A stretch of DNA of 64,000 bases from Octopus vulgaris. Its lineage: Eukaryota. Where the stretch lies: the NCBI GenBank assembly GCA_951406725.2, contig OX597818.1, positions 55,738,001 through 55,802,000 of the forward strand. The letters are read 5' to 3'. How positions within the stretch are numbered: the first letter of the stretch is position 1; every line of letters starts with the position of its first letter. A model generated the notes under the pieces. The model was not told the origin of the DNA. It ran no database searches and saw only the letters and a program-made list of their open reading frames with translations. Shown piece by piece: positions 50,893-64,000 of this stretch. The position numbers and the translations under genes were made by a program.

Positions 50893-51114
50893 CCTTTTCG
50901 TTACCAACCTGGCTGAAACCGGCTCTGGTTCTATAGTACAAATGTCTTGTTGTTATAAGTTTTGAATTAAAATTTTCCACTAAGCCTTAATCACAATTTC
51001 TGTTCCTAACACTAGCTGAATGATAACTAAGTTATTTTACTAAATTCTTTGTTATATTTAAAATTAATTGAAAGAAACACAGAGCATCTCAAAATATATA
51101 CAGTAACGAAAGAG
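50893..51114. mobile_element. piggyBac-type MITE
   Basis: TTAA-CCTTTTCGTTAC ... GTAACGAAAGAG-TTAG; TIRs match the 30853-31849 element. Confidence 0.82.
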
Positions 51115-51565
51115 TTAGTGTTTGTCTAGTATCAGACTCTATCTTCTCTATTAATTGCATATCACAGACCATAATTTGATGAACTATGTGTCACTGCTAG
51201 ATTTCAATTACTGATTATTCTGTGTTTTGTTGACTTCATATATTGACACTTACTGAAATCATTTAAGATTAGAAAATTAAATTAAAGTGAAGATTTAAAC
51301 AACCAGAAAGCAAATTACACGTACTTCTTTAATTTAAGATAAAGTTACTCGTAAATTAGTGCTTTGTAGGATCATCATGAACACAATGCAGCTGGTATAA
51401 TATTTTTGGTTGATACAAATTAGCTTTTGAGTCAAGAACAAAGTAATAAAATGACCGGTTAACATCAAATTGATAAAAGATGATGCTTCATATCAAGATT
51501 ACAAATATATTCTTATTGGCATAAGATGTTAATTATTTTTATAAGCTATGGAAGGTTGCAGTTTA

Positions 51566-51603
<38 letters not shown>

Positions 51604-53406
51604 GAAAGAGGGATGGGGCGTGCATTTACAGCCATGTAGTAAACTAAATGATAAATATATATCATTGCAGAGCTGCACCAAAGAACACACTGTTATAACG
51701 AAAAGTGATCCATGCATGAAACACTGCTGCAAATAATGTTAAAACAATTATACAAATCTAATTTAGATGCTCAGACTACCAAAGAAGATTTTAGACATTG
51801 TTAAATATTTATTGCACCACCTGGAAATAATAACATCTTTATTTCCAGTGTCTACATAGCTATGTAAATTTATTTTCCTCACCATGTAGGTATATTGGCT
51901 AATATTTAATTTGTTATGGGTTAGAATTTTTTCCAGTTAATTAATTATTTTAAGTTACTTTCTGCATGAAACACTAGCACTTACTAGTTTGCTAAAAGTA
52001 TTTCCAGAGCATGCACCATCCACTTCTATCATGTCTATATCAGTAAAACCTAACTCATCAACTCACCACAGCCACTAATTTAACAATGTATTCTTCTATC
52101 CTGCCTCTATCTTTTCAAAAAGAATGGTGGAACTATTCTCTCACAGACCCAAACAGAATACTTTCTCCATATGTGTAGGCTGTGTTGAAATTCAATTTCT
52201 GCTGTAAACTCACTCACATTCAGCTGGTTTCTCAAGTTTGCTTGTTGCATAAAACAATCAAATTCAGTTTGTTGTTTTCCCATAACTCCTGAATCACTCC
52301 CTTTCAACTCACACTTAGTGTCACACAACTTACTCTTCATGTGAAGAAAGCAGTTCTGTGTAAGCTAATATATAAAAACAGAGGCATAATGCAGTACATT
52401 GTTAAGCTTGTGGTTGTAACATGCTGGTAAATGATGTTTTGCCAGCTGCTTCAGATATGAGAGCAGTTCTGTAGTATGAGATGCACTTCTGATTTGTCAG
52501 GGATTAAAAAAAAAAAAACTTTAAAAAAAAAGACTGAAGTATTTCATGATCTCAAAGAAGGAGCCTTAGAATATAGTTTTCATGACAGGTCATTAGAATT
52601 TGTAAAACGTAGCATTTTTTGCTCTGTGTGTGAAGGGTTAAGTGTTCATGAATAAGGAGAATGTGATACATATATTTCCTTTATATGTGTGGTAACTGTG
52701 TTTGTGCTGATAAATGTGACTGGGTTTTATCATGTCTGTAGTAAAAGTTGTTTTATTCCCTAAAAGAAATTATGCATGTCTGGTTAAGTTTGATGAGTAG
52801 ACAAAGCTCTCATTACAGTAATCAGTGGATCTGTTATATATTTATAAATGTTTGGGTGTCTCTTCATAGAAACTGTGCATGTTAGGTTATGAGCAAGGCT
52901 CATTACGTAACTAGTGGTAGTTCGTTTGTATTGTAAAAGTTAGTATTTTACATCGTTAGTGTTTAAGGACAAACCTTTCAGTTAGCTTGTAATATGACAG
53001 AGGTATTCACACTGCAACTCTGTTACAACTAATTGTATCATTATTATCCCTAACGAAGTGAGAATTGCTTATGTACCAGTTTCATTGAAGAAAATCTTCA
53101 GTCTAATACAACTAAAGTAAGTAAATAGAGAAAGTTATTAAGGTCAGAAGAACAAGGGGAACAGTATAAATAAAAATGGGCCCAGACAGAGAATAAAATA
53201 ACAACAGCAAGCATTGAGTACTTATCACTGTGTTCTTTGTTTAATGTTAAAAAGCCAAAACTCCACTTATCATGGAAATCAAGTTTTCAAAATTCTGTAA
53301 AGGCCTCTTTTAGTTTTTATTTTTTTATTTTTCTGTAAAACAGGAGACAGTGAAAGAAAATTATCCTTTCACTCATATGAGAAATTATGTTCAACTTACT
53401 TTACAG

Positions 53407-53639
53407 TTTTTCTTTACTACCCACAAGGGGCTAAACATAGAGGGAGACAAACAAGGACAGACAAACGGATTAAGTTGATTATATCGACCCCAGTGCGTAA
53501 CTGGTACTTAATTTATCGACCCCGAAAGGATGAAAGGCAAAGTTGACCTCTGCGGAATTTGAACTCAGAACGCTGCAGTGGACGAAATACCACTAAGCAT
53601 TTCGTCCGGCGTGCTAACAATTCTGCCAGCTCACCGCCT
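53407..53639 (-). mobile_element. SINE family B monomer with tail-1
   Basis: 14-bp TSD TTCAACTTACTTTA (53390-53403, 53640-53653). Confidence 0.9.
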
Positions 53640-53808
53640 TTCAACTTACTTTAGAGGCAATGAAAAAAATAATACTCATTTACTCTAATCTTTGTGCTCA
53701 AAAATGGTTTTAAAGATGAACACCATTTGATACTCTTTGTGTTAAATATCTTAGCAGCTGATTCATTATCTATCATCCTCCATATGTGTGTGATAAAATT
53801 GTCTTTAA

Positions 53809-54024
53809 CCCTTTAATATTCAGATCACTCTGTCAAATGTAATACTTATTAACAATGTTTTGAATTGATTGTGCATCATTTCATAGCTTCAATATTTCAA
53901 TGATGTGATTGTTTATTTCTAGGATGGCATTGTAGGGTAGATGTAAGAGGCCTGATCTGGTTGGTTTGAACATAAAACAGGGATAATATTTGGGTTGCAC
54001 ATGGTTGGTTTAAATGCTAAAGGG
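53809..54024. mobile_element. TTAA-targeting MITE (second piggyBac-type family)
   Basis: TTAA-CCCTTTAATATT ... AATGCTAAAGGG-TTAA. Confidence 0.7.
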
Positions 54025-55044
54025 TTAATAGTATCCCTATATATAGATCATACATGTTCAAGAATTAAAGAAATTTCTTTCATTGTTAATCTTAAGTTCA
54101 TGATTTTCCTCATAACCACTTCTAAGATTTTCTTACAGATCTTTTACTCATTTCTGTGAGAATTTTGAATATATCCTTAAAAGTTGACCCACAAAAGTCC
54201 AATCACCGTAGTTAACATGAAGGTTAATTTTGACATGGAAATTCTTTGAAACTAAGAATTACAATTAATCATTTGGTGTTTTCTCTCCGAGAAAGGCAAT
54301 GCTTTCTCTCCGAGAAAGGCGATGCTTTCACATACACATAAAATACTACGTTTCTTTATAGAAATCAAAGTAATATGGGTTATATAACTGTGAGCTTGTG
54401 CAATGTTATTCAAAGGAATACCTTTGAGAATCTATACTCATAGATCTTGATATTTAATCTATCAGTCATGTTTGACACATTTAATCATGGGACTTTTTTG
54501 GAGGATTTGCACAGTTTGACACCACATATAATTGTTTATAGTGTATTAAATCATATATAAAAGATTAGTCAAATGGTTACTGTATGGCATGCACTGAGGC
54601 AATATGTATTGGATGTGTTCTTCTTCAGAAAAGTTATATTTCATCACGATCATCATCATCATCCTTTAAAATCTGTTTTCCATGTTGGTATGGGTTGAAT
54701 GGTTTCACATGAACTGGAGACTGCACCAATCCCTGTTGTCTGCTTTGGTTGGGTTTCTATGGCTGGATGCCCTTCCTAATGCCAACCACTTGACAGGGTG
54801 TACTGGATGATTTTTATGTGACATGAATAACTTGCAAGACCCTTCCCCCCCACCTCAACTGAGAAGGGAAGTAAGTTTTGGAAACATGGCTACTTCAGGT
54901 GGGGAGAGAGTGAGACGAAGAGGGAGAGGTGGTGGTGAGAGCAAGTGTGCTGGGGATTCAAGAGGATGAGCAGGTGAGTTTATAAGATTCTGAAAGTAGA
55001 GTGGTAGATGGAGGGAAGGGGTGTAATGAGTGGACACAGGTAGA

Positions 55045-56193
55045 GGGAATGGGTTTTGGGAAGATATATTGTGGGCAGATCCATTATTCTCTGTTCGATA
55101 GATTTCCTGTCTTTACTGGTGCTAAACTCTTCCAGATGAATTTTTACATTTCCAGAGTTTTGAAGAGATTGAAACAGGTGGAAATCTGAAGGTGCAAGGT
55201 TAGGGGAATATGCAGCTGCGAAACTTCCCAGCCAAGCCCCAGTAACTTCTGCCATGTCTGCAAAGAGGTGTGCAGTCTGACATTGTTATAATGAATGACA
55301 ATGCCCTTATGATTAGCAAGTGCTGGACACTTCTGGCAGATCACTACATTTAATTTTGTCCAACTGGTCACAGTACACATCCAAATTGATGGTCCTGTTT
55401 ATGGGAAGAAGCTCTTAAAAGACGACACCCTTCCAATCTCATCAAATTGAAAGCATAACCCACTTTAGATGAAAATAACAAATTGCAGATAAAAATCTGT
55501 TGGGCAAAGTTAGCTTTATCCAACTGATGTGGAACTCAATCATCAAACTTGCTGACATGACCAAGTTGATGCAGATGGTTTTCAACATTTGATTTGGATA
55601 TTTGGAGAATATCTGGTGGCATTACGAAGGGCATCAAGCTGTAGAAACTCTGCTAGATCAGACTGGAGCCTGGTGCAGCCATCTGGTTTGCCAGTCCTCA
55701 GTCAAATAGTCCAACCTATGCTAACATGGAGAGCAGATGTTAAACGATGATGATGATGATGATCTGTAATCCTTTTGGTCATATAACAGAGGTTGGTGTT
55801 GCTCTTAATCTCAGCTGGTTGGACAGTTAGGTGCATCTTGAACCGAAAAATTTCCCGGTTTAAAATCTTGAAAACCACATCTGACACAGATGTTCCCTAA
55901 CAGAAGCCTCCCTGTATTCAATGCATATCTTCCCTCAGGTTTTTGCCACTTTCTTGCCTTTTTTAAAATAAGAAAGCTTGAGGTGTCGATAATGTTCATT
56001 TTGGTTCTCCATTTTCACGGTAATCCCAAATACATAAAATATGTGTCTTGTTGCAAGTTTGCATTGAATTATGTTGAAGGGTTAACTAGCTAACAAGTGT
56101 GCATATCCAAGGGGCAGGCTGAAGTTAGCAGCTTATTAGAGTGCATGGAGTTTAGTGTTGGCAAAAACTGAATGAACTTTTTGGTCAGCCAAT
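55045..56193 (-). mobile_element. Heavily decayed mariner transposon, interrupted by an RTE 3' end
   Basis: TIR-like ATTGGCTGACCAAAAAGTTCATTCAG at the right end; MENQNEHYRHL...KKGKK start at 56012; YSPNLAPSDFHLFQSLQN motif; family D insert at about 55615-55762. Confidence 0.8.
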
Positions 56194-58984
56194 TAGAATA
56201 GTACAGAAAAAGTTCAAGGAGATATTATCTCTACTGACAAGGGATTTCTCTTCCTGAGTGAAGGCTGGATTGTATGATGCATGTGTATGAACTGCAATGC
56301 TGCATACTAGTGAGACATGGGTACTGAGTGTAGAGGATATGCAAAGAGTGTAAAGAAAGTGGGGTGAGCATAATCCACAGGATGTGTACTGTTATTGTGT
56401 ATTTATATGCACACACCTCTGATATCCAAGTGGCTAAAATGTGTCAAGCAGAAGGGCACCCAGGGGTCACGAAATGGATGTGGCATGGCCCCCTTAGAAT
56501 GTAAGATTTTAAGGGCCAAAACACTTGCCTGGCGGGAGTTTCTTCTCTGAAAGATCTGCTGTTCAGATTTTCTTGTGTTTCTTACCACTATACAATGTAC
56601 AGAAAATATCCCTGCTGCACACTGTACCTATATTATGACAAGTTCTACCAATCTATTGAATTCATTACCTTTACTCAGGGTAGATAGAGATCCACTCTGT
56701 TATATATTGACGCCATACAGAGATATAACATTTCTGATGTGTAGGAAATAGGAAATGTTAAGTTGTGATGTTTATACTTTTCTAAAATACATTATTAGTG
56801 TTTATGACCTCAGTTTACTTACCAAAGCAAACACTGCTTATTCTGCTTCAAAGAAAATATTGACTCTTCTTTGATAGTTTTTGTTTCTTTTCTTCCTTTG
56901 CTTAATGATTCTTTTTCTTTTCTTTTTTTCTTTAGTTGTCTTTTGGCAGCTTCAAGGTGATACTGTACTACATTACTCTATAGAAATGCTGCTCATAAAT
57001 GTATACAAACACAATGTGTATGTATACACCTGAAAACAAGAGTAAAATGTCTTCAATCGATATAGTATTGTATTTTAGCAATAAATACAATCTTCAAGAA
57101 TATCTAATTACAAGGGAATTTATTATTTAGGCTGGAAAAGTATAGAAGACAATGTGTACAGAAAATAAATCTCTTCTGTTTTTAAGAACCTGTGGTTTGT
57201 CATAATAGTTTTTGTTTTTTTTATGAACAACAGAACACAAAGTTGCCTTTGATAGATTTCCTAAAATTAGCTTATGATAAATTAGTTCATGTAACAAGCA
57301 CTCATTCTGACACAGTAAACGATACTGTTGAAACAGAATGCACCCCGTACATTTGATTGTTGGCTTACTTTGTAATATATAAGTAAGGCTTTTCATCTCA
57401 ACTTCAAATTTTGTGAATCCAGTTCTTCAGATGTAAGTTACAAGTGTAACCTATTTTTTATTAATATTACATTTATAACTATGAAGAATGCATTATAAAT
57501 TCAATTATACTTTTACGGACATGATGAGGAAAGAAGTTTTAAGCATTTATTAGCTATTCATTTATCAAGTTGATATATATTTATTGAGAAAATTTGAAAA
57601 AAAATTACTGAAAGAGTATGCTTCAAGACGTTAAGAAGTATATTAGATAGAGGCAGTAAATAGAACATTATCTTTTTGTCGTGTAAATATATTGAGCATA
57701 AAACATTTTTAGCACTTGGAAATGATAAATTTCTGTGTGGATTTTACTTTATAACACTGATCAGCTTCATATGGTTAAGAATAAAAATTACATCCTTTAA
57801 TTGATCTAATTTATGTTTACAAATAATTCTTATTTGATTCATTACAATCTTTAAAAAGTTACTTTTTAAGTGAAAATACTTATTTTCAAATGAATAATTA
57901 ATTTGTCAAGAGTGGAAGGTGATACCCATGATCTTTGTGAGCTGGTAGAATTGATGTTTTTGATGCCTGTAAGCAGACAGGAGAAAAAAAATGTAAATTA
58001 GAAGTTTAATTAAAATTATCCATAGATCTAAAAAAAAAAATCTTGAAATTAATTGTTGTGCTAAAAATACCTGTGATGAATTCAAAATTCTTTCATTCTT
58101 TTACCAGTTACAGTTAAATGGACTGTGGCCAAGCAAAGTACCACCTGCAAGAGTTTAGTCAATCATATCATCACCAGTGTGTATTTCAATCTGATATTTA
58201 TTTCATCCACACCTATTTGTCAAACCATTAGGGAAAAAAATATAAATATAAAAGAACACTACAGAAACGCCACTAGTTTTTAGATAAGTGTAAATTTTAA
58301 TACACACACACAGATGCACGCACACACACACACACTCTCTCTCACACATCATGCTCCTTTCTATCTCTATTTTGTTTTCCAAGTGGGCATTGGTTGGACT
58401 TGTTTTCTGAGGTGGTGTTTTATGGCCAAGTGTCCTTCTTGTTGCCACATACAACACTGAGACACAGTGATACAATTTTAAGCCAGGATCATCAATCATC
58501 ATCTCACATCACATCTCCTTTCCCTGGTCACATGAGAGGGATGCTTCAACAACATTCAACGAGCCAGAGGACCACATCTTGTTCTAGTGTCTCAGTTTTG
58601 CCATGGTTTCCACAGCTGGATGCCCTTCCTAATGCCAACCACTTTACTGAATCTACTGGCTGCTTTTTCCTGGCACCTGCATTGATGGGGAGTAAAGAGG
58701 GACCACCTTCAAGTGATGGGGAGTAAAGAGGGATAAAAGGGACAGGAACATGGCTTCCCAACATAATGTGAAGTTGCATGGGAGTAAATGAGGTGGAGCT
58801 GGAAAGAGAGATAAAAATGGTGGTAACATGGTGTCAGTGTACCCTCAAGGTACAAAAAGGTTGATGGAAGAGAGCATAGGGGTGGAAGGTCAGGACGCAT
58901 ATGTGATGTGTGTGTGTATAACTTTAGCTGCCACTCACTAGCCTGTATGACTTAGTAATATGTACCATGCTTTTACTCGTTGTT

Positions 58985-59261
58985 TTAGGTGCCTGTGCTG
59001 TGTTTGAGAAGACCTGTTGAGTCAAGTGAAACCACAGTTGTGGGCGATGCCAGTGCAGCCTGACTAGCACCCATGCTGGTGGCACGTAAAAAAGTACTAT
59101 TACACCCTCGGAGTGGTTGGCATTAGGAAAGGCATCCAGCTGTAGAAACCTTGTTAGATCAGTTTGGAGTCTGGTGCAGCCTCCTGGTTTGCCAATCCTC
59201 AATCGAACTGTCCAACCCATGCCAGCATGGAAAGCAGACGTTAAACGATGATGATGATGAT
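58985..59261 (+). mobile_element. RTE LINE 3' UTR fragment (family D)
   Basis: Family D 3' end with (GAT)n tail; further degenerate copies near 9135, 23800, 27610, 35190, 43100, 54650, 58580 and 60248. Confidence 0.85.
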
Positions 59262-59445
59262 GCAGCTGTGAGTGGACATAGACACCTTCTCAGCCCTTCC
59301 ATCTCATGCCCCAGTAGAACATTGAGAATGTGACTGCTGGAGGGAGAATGGGTTACACCAACACTAGGTTGATACTCATTTTCAGCTGAGCAGGCTGGTA
59401 CAAATATGAAGTGAAACACCTTGCTGAAGAGCTCAATGTGCCATA

Positions 59446-59638
59446 CAGTGGCATATGGTGGTTGTTGTATTGGGTGTGCTGCCACACCCAATGCCCCCAA
59501 ATTTCAGGCAGGGATACAACAAAAATTTTCCGTTAAGATTTGTGATTAAATTAATGGTAAGATTGATATTTATAACAAGTTTGCTGTTTTCGATGAGTGT
59601 GCAGCGCAGACCTAGCACACCCAGAATATACACCCCTG
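59446..59638. mobile_element. hAT-superfamily MITE nested in an old SINE
   Basis: Ends CAGTGGCATA / TACACCCCTG; 8-bp TSD GTGCCATA / GTGCCATG; the flanks rejoin as a family C SINE. Confidence 0.75.
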
Positions 59639-62600
59639 GTGCCATGCAGTCTTGGAATCACACAAATATTATGATTATGAGCCTAACACCTTTACCACTT
59701 ATCCACAATCCTTCTTGTGTGCATATGTGCAATTCTGCTCACAAAGTATTAGTCAAATTGTAGCTGTAATAGCGGAGATTTTCCCAAGGTAATGTGCATT
59801 AGCATTGAAACCTGGAACTGCATAGCTGTGAAGTAAACCGCTTAACCACACATCCACGTTTTCTCTTATGTGTAGATATTTATTTAATGTTTTTCTTTTA
59901 TTTATTTAACTGTTTTTAAAAATATATTTGATACTTTCAAATTGAAAGTTAAGGGAGTTAATGTTTTATGAGAAAATTCGACTGATAGAACAAAGTTTTA
60001 TTGTTCTTCATTTAGCACATATCTTTTTTGATTTTTTATTTATATTATTATTTTCTTTTGCCTTTTTGCTACTTATTTTTACATTTCTTAATCTTGTCTA
60101 ACTGCTTGTTTCTCTCTTATGAAATTGTGATGGAATTATTGAGACATAGTTTCTTTATGAAAATCTTAATCTATTATTATGGTCATGGGTATGCTTTTCC
60201 TTTTGTGCATTTCCTTGTTAACTAGACAACACAGTCTAAACCCCAGATCATCATCATCATCATCTGTTTTCCATGCTGGCATGGGTTGGACGGTTTGACC
60301 CAGGTTCCAGTCTGTTTTGGCATTTTTTCTATGGCTGGATGCCCTTCCTAATTCCAATCACTTTACAGAATGTTCTGGGTGCTTTTTACATGGCCAGCAG
60401 TTTTGCAAGGAGGAATAAGCTGATTACTTAACTGATACTTATTTTATCAACCCCAAAAGTATGAAAGATTGTTGACCTTGGTGGAATTTGAACTCAGAAT
60501 GTATAGAATCAGAACAAATACTACTAAGCAGTTTTGTCTGATACATTAACAATTCTGCCAACCTGCCATCTTATGCATCTTCTTATCAATCCGCTTCTAT
60601 CAATCATGGAACATTACTCTTCAGCTCAACAGATATTTCTATGCCTGTAAGTGATTTCAAGTAGGAATACCTTTTGCTGTTTGTTAACCAAATTTCCAAG
60701 CTTTTTCTCTACTTAAGTTCACTCAATACTCTCATATTTTCTCTCATATTCACAACCATTCTGTCTTTCAGTTTGTGCACTAAACACTCCTCCCCAGAGC
60801 TGCAAACCTTATAAATAACCTCTTCTTCCACCTTCTTCCCACAGAAGTTAAAACCAAGCATTTGTTGCATTGATTTCACCAGACTGGTTGAGGGGATGAT
60901 CAATAAATTGTCATGGGCAGTGTTTCTCCATCTAAAAAATGAAAAACACAATACTAGGTTTTGATCTGGGATTTCTAGTATACAATTTTCAGGTTTTATA
61001 TCTGCTGTGGGACAATATTACTTTCTGAAAAACCAACTTAAACAACTTATTTCTTCCTGATTGAAGTCATTTGTGTGTCTTAGCTGGCACTACCTATCAG
61101 AAATATAAGGACATCACCTAATCTTGCCCCTTTCCATTAAAAAACATTAGCGGCAAAAGGGGTTGGTTTTTGTGTCTTATCCGAGTAAATGTCTTTTTTC
61201 CTGGATTATTTTTCCCAGTACTCAGAACTCTGTGAAGTGGTTTCTTTTGGCTTAGTGGTGTAAGGTTAGCAAACTACTGTTCCTTGTGTAGCAGCAATAT
61301 ACATGCTTGTAGCAGAATTGAGCTCACAGCCTTGTTGGCAATAGTCCAGAGCTTTAGTTGTAGAACAAGTAAAAAAAAAAAACAAAAAAAAACTGTTGTC
61401 CAAATCAACTCAGTCGATGTTTTTAAGACTATTTTATGCCTTGATTACTCCTTTTGTTACTTTTTAATGAGAGCTGTTTAAATGTGACATTTAGCATGGT
61501 GGAAAAAAGTTGTTCTGTAAGGGAATCATAATGATACCTCTTTGCTGAGTTATCAAGTGTGGAGTTAGACAGGAAAAGGTTAGCGAAGAAATTATCTTTA
61601 GTGAAAGATATTTGATAATAATTATTGAAAAGGAAAGGACTTGAGAAATGAAGATCAACAGCCACCGGACCTGGTCAGCATTTATGAAATATACACTTTG
61701 AATCTTACAACCTCTACAGTGTGATTTCTGGGGGGGTGGTCTTCTTATTTGCAAGGTAGATACTTATTCTTGAATATGTTCTAAATAGTAGATTGGGAAA
61801 CTCCCTGAAAGATAAGAATTGTTTGATCTTGAACATTACTTTTTAGAAGAAAGAACACTGTTGCGAGTTTTATTATTTTCTGTCTTTCCTTTTCTTATTT
61901 AGATTTTGGCTCCGTAGTGCAGTGTTGTATATCAGAAGTTTGGTTGCATGTTAGGCAGTTTTAAAGAAGCATTCCACTAAAAAAAAACAAAAAGAGAGAG
62001 AAGTGGGAGATTGATATATAGACAGAGAGAGGTAGATTGACATGTAATAAAATGGAGGAATAGATAAGTAAATGTTAAATAATTATAATAATAAGATAGT
62101 TGGTTGGGATGAGTAAATAATGAGAGGCTGTAATCATGTGATGGTTGGCACGGGGATGGAGAGGTTGGCCTGGAAATTTCTCAGGCTTGGCAAAACAGCA
62201 AGAAATAAAACATTTAAACCAACAGACAATAATTATTGCAATCGTTTCATCAACAAGAAAATACAACTGCTAAACTGAAAAGATGCTTAAAATTGTATCT
62301 TGTAGTTTTTTTCAAACACAAACAAAATGTTTGGTCTATTATGTTTTTTTTTTTTGCTTGTTGCTTTAGTTAAGGTTAGCTTAAAGAGGTTAATTTTGTT
62401 GATGCAAAAGAAAAAAGAAGAAAAAAACTTAGTTTATATATAGTTCTTTTTAAAAAAAAAAACTGCTTTAATAATACTAAGTAATAAGTATTATCTGGAA
62501 GAGCTGCTGATAATAGTAAAGTCGGTATTGTGTGATTATATTCTTCTTTAGCTAGAGACGTTTTTTTTCTTTCTTTTTGTTTTTGTTTTTTTATTCCGGG

Positions 62601-63073
62601 GCATTTAAAACTTGTGTGAATGTTGCTTCGCAAGATCAAGATCCTCAGAAGCACTTTTTTGTTAACACTTACCTCTCCACCTCTCCCATTTTCCGTGTAC
62701 AGAGATGACTGAGAAAGATGAGTAGATGATATTTTAATGCTTTCTTTCTTCCATCACCAAATAAGTATTTTCAACACAGTGGAAAGGAGCCACAGCTTAT
62801 GATTATTACAGAAATAATGGTGTGTGATGGCAGTTCCTAGTGAAAATATCTATGACTGCCTAATATCACAAAGGAAATGTAAACAATAAAAGTAAAATGA
62901 ATTTAAAAAAAAAAACAGCGGAAAGCAACGTAGGCTCCACTCAAGCAGTAGCAGGATATGAGAAGTGATAGAGAGGAATATTATCTCCATATAAATTTTA
63001 AATCTATTTTTGTTGTTTTAATGTTGCTTTCTTTTCTCCATTTCTGTCCATTCCCCCAACTCTTTGTTGTTGT

Positions 63074-63489
63074 AGGCGAGATGGCAGAAACGTTCGCACG
63101 CTGGGCGAAATGCTTAGCGGTATTTCGTCTGCCGCTACGTTCTGAGTTCAAATTCCGCCAAGGTCAACTTTGCCTTTCATCCTTTCGAGGTCGATAAATT
63201 AAGTACCAGTTACGCACTGGAGTCGATATAATCAACTTAATCCGTGTGTCTGTCCTTGTTTGTCCTCTCTATGTTTAGCCCCTTGTGGGTAATAAAGAAA
63301 TAGGTATTTCGTCTGCCACTACGTTCTGAGTTCAAATTCCACCAAGGTCGACTTTGCCTTTCATCCTTTCGGGGTCGATAAATTAAGTACCAGTTACGCA
63401 CTGGGGTTGATATAATCAACTTAATCCGTTTGTCTGTCCTTGTTTGTCCCCTCTGTGTTTAGCCTCTCGTGGGTAGTAAAGAAATAGGT
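63074..63489 (+). mobile_element. SINE family B dimer (184-bp internal unit x2)
   Basis: GGTATTTCGTCTG at 63119 and 63303 (period 184); ends AAAGAAATAGGT. Confidence 0.92.
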
Positions 63490-64000
63490 TAGAACCAAGT
63501 CAAAGCTTTTCAAGTTGACTTATTATCAAAGGTGTTCTTGCCATGACCATCACATCTCCCCCTCTCCAAACAGTTCTTATAAGTTCTTTTCAAAGATTAT
63601 AAGCAGGATATAATTCAAGGCTCTGCTCCCTCAATGGCCTCTTTTTTTTTTTTTTTCTCTCATGATAGTAAACTTTCACATACAATTATAAAACAACACC
63701 CTCTAACTATTGAGTACTTCTGATGGGCTCTCCTCTGTTGCAAAAAAAAATCTTGTAAAGATTCCAAAGAGTGTTCGATTGGAATGTTGATTACTTATTT
63801 AGCTCTCACTGTTATAGAGTATACTTGACTAAATAGTTTCCAAGTAGGAGTCTTCTACTTGAGAATTAAGGATCCAAATCTGGGGGCAATGTCCTTTGAA
63901 AGCTACTTTGACAGTTGTCACATAATCCAGTATTTTTTTTTATTTCTACTTCCTGTTATGAGAAACTCGTTCAAGGTTACCGGAGACCAGATGGGGCTCC

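Noticed and set aside
54280-54328. 23-bp tandem duplication (similar small ones near 219-274, 28356-28393 and 58683-58732)
   Set aside because: Ordinary slippage duplications with no further structure
56950-57000. LQGDTVLHYSIE ankyrin-like peptide after a polypyrimidine tract
   Set aside because: Too short, weak donor, and not the expected next HSF2BP exon

Overview
AT-rich eukaryotic genomic DNA, dense in repeats. The SINE, RTE and microsatellite content resembles an octopus (coleoid cephalopod) genome; this assignment is from recall of those repeat families, not a search. The only securely recognisable host coding sequence is two + strand exons (44820-44903, 45127-45276) of an HSF2BP/MEILB2 homologue, so most of the window is probably large introns. 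Almost all ORFs in the six-frame track are spurious, arising from SINEs and microsatellites. Mobile DNA includes at least five tRNA-derived SINE families, many 5'-truncated RTE LINE ends, CR1/L2-type and other LINE relics, and two decayed mariners. It also includes a 1-kb piggyBac deletion derivative with related TTAA MITEs, four hAT MITEs with 8-bp TSDs, and three non-autonomous Helitrons. The most interesting signals are: (i) degenerate hammerhead-ribozyme motifs in three unrelated small repeats, including a 348-bp partial tandem repeat resembling a retrozyme or Penelope pseudo-LTR (41880-42464) and a tRNA-SINE-like element (35708-36004); (ii) a young GC-rich RTE insertion with a twin-priming-type 5' inversion and a 15-bp TSD (24512-25119); (iii) a SINE family that retroposes as fixed-junction multimers of an internal 184-bp unit. 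A few possible antisense exons are listed at low confidence.
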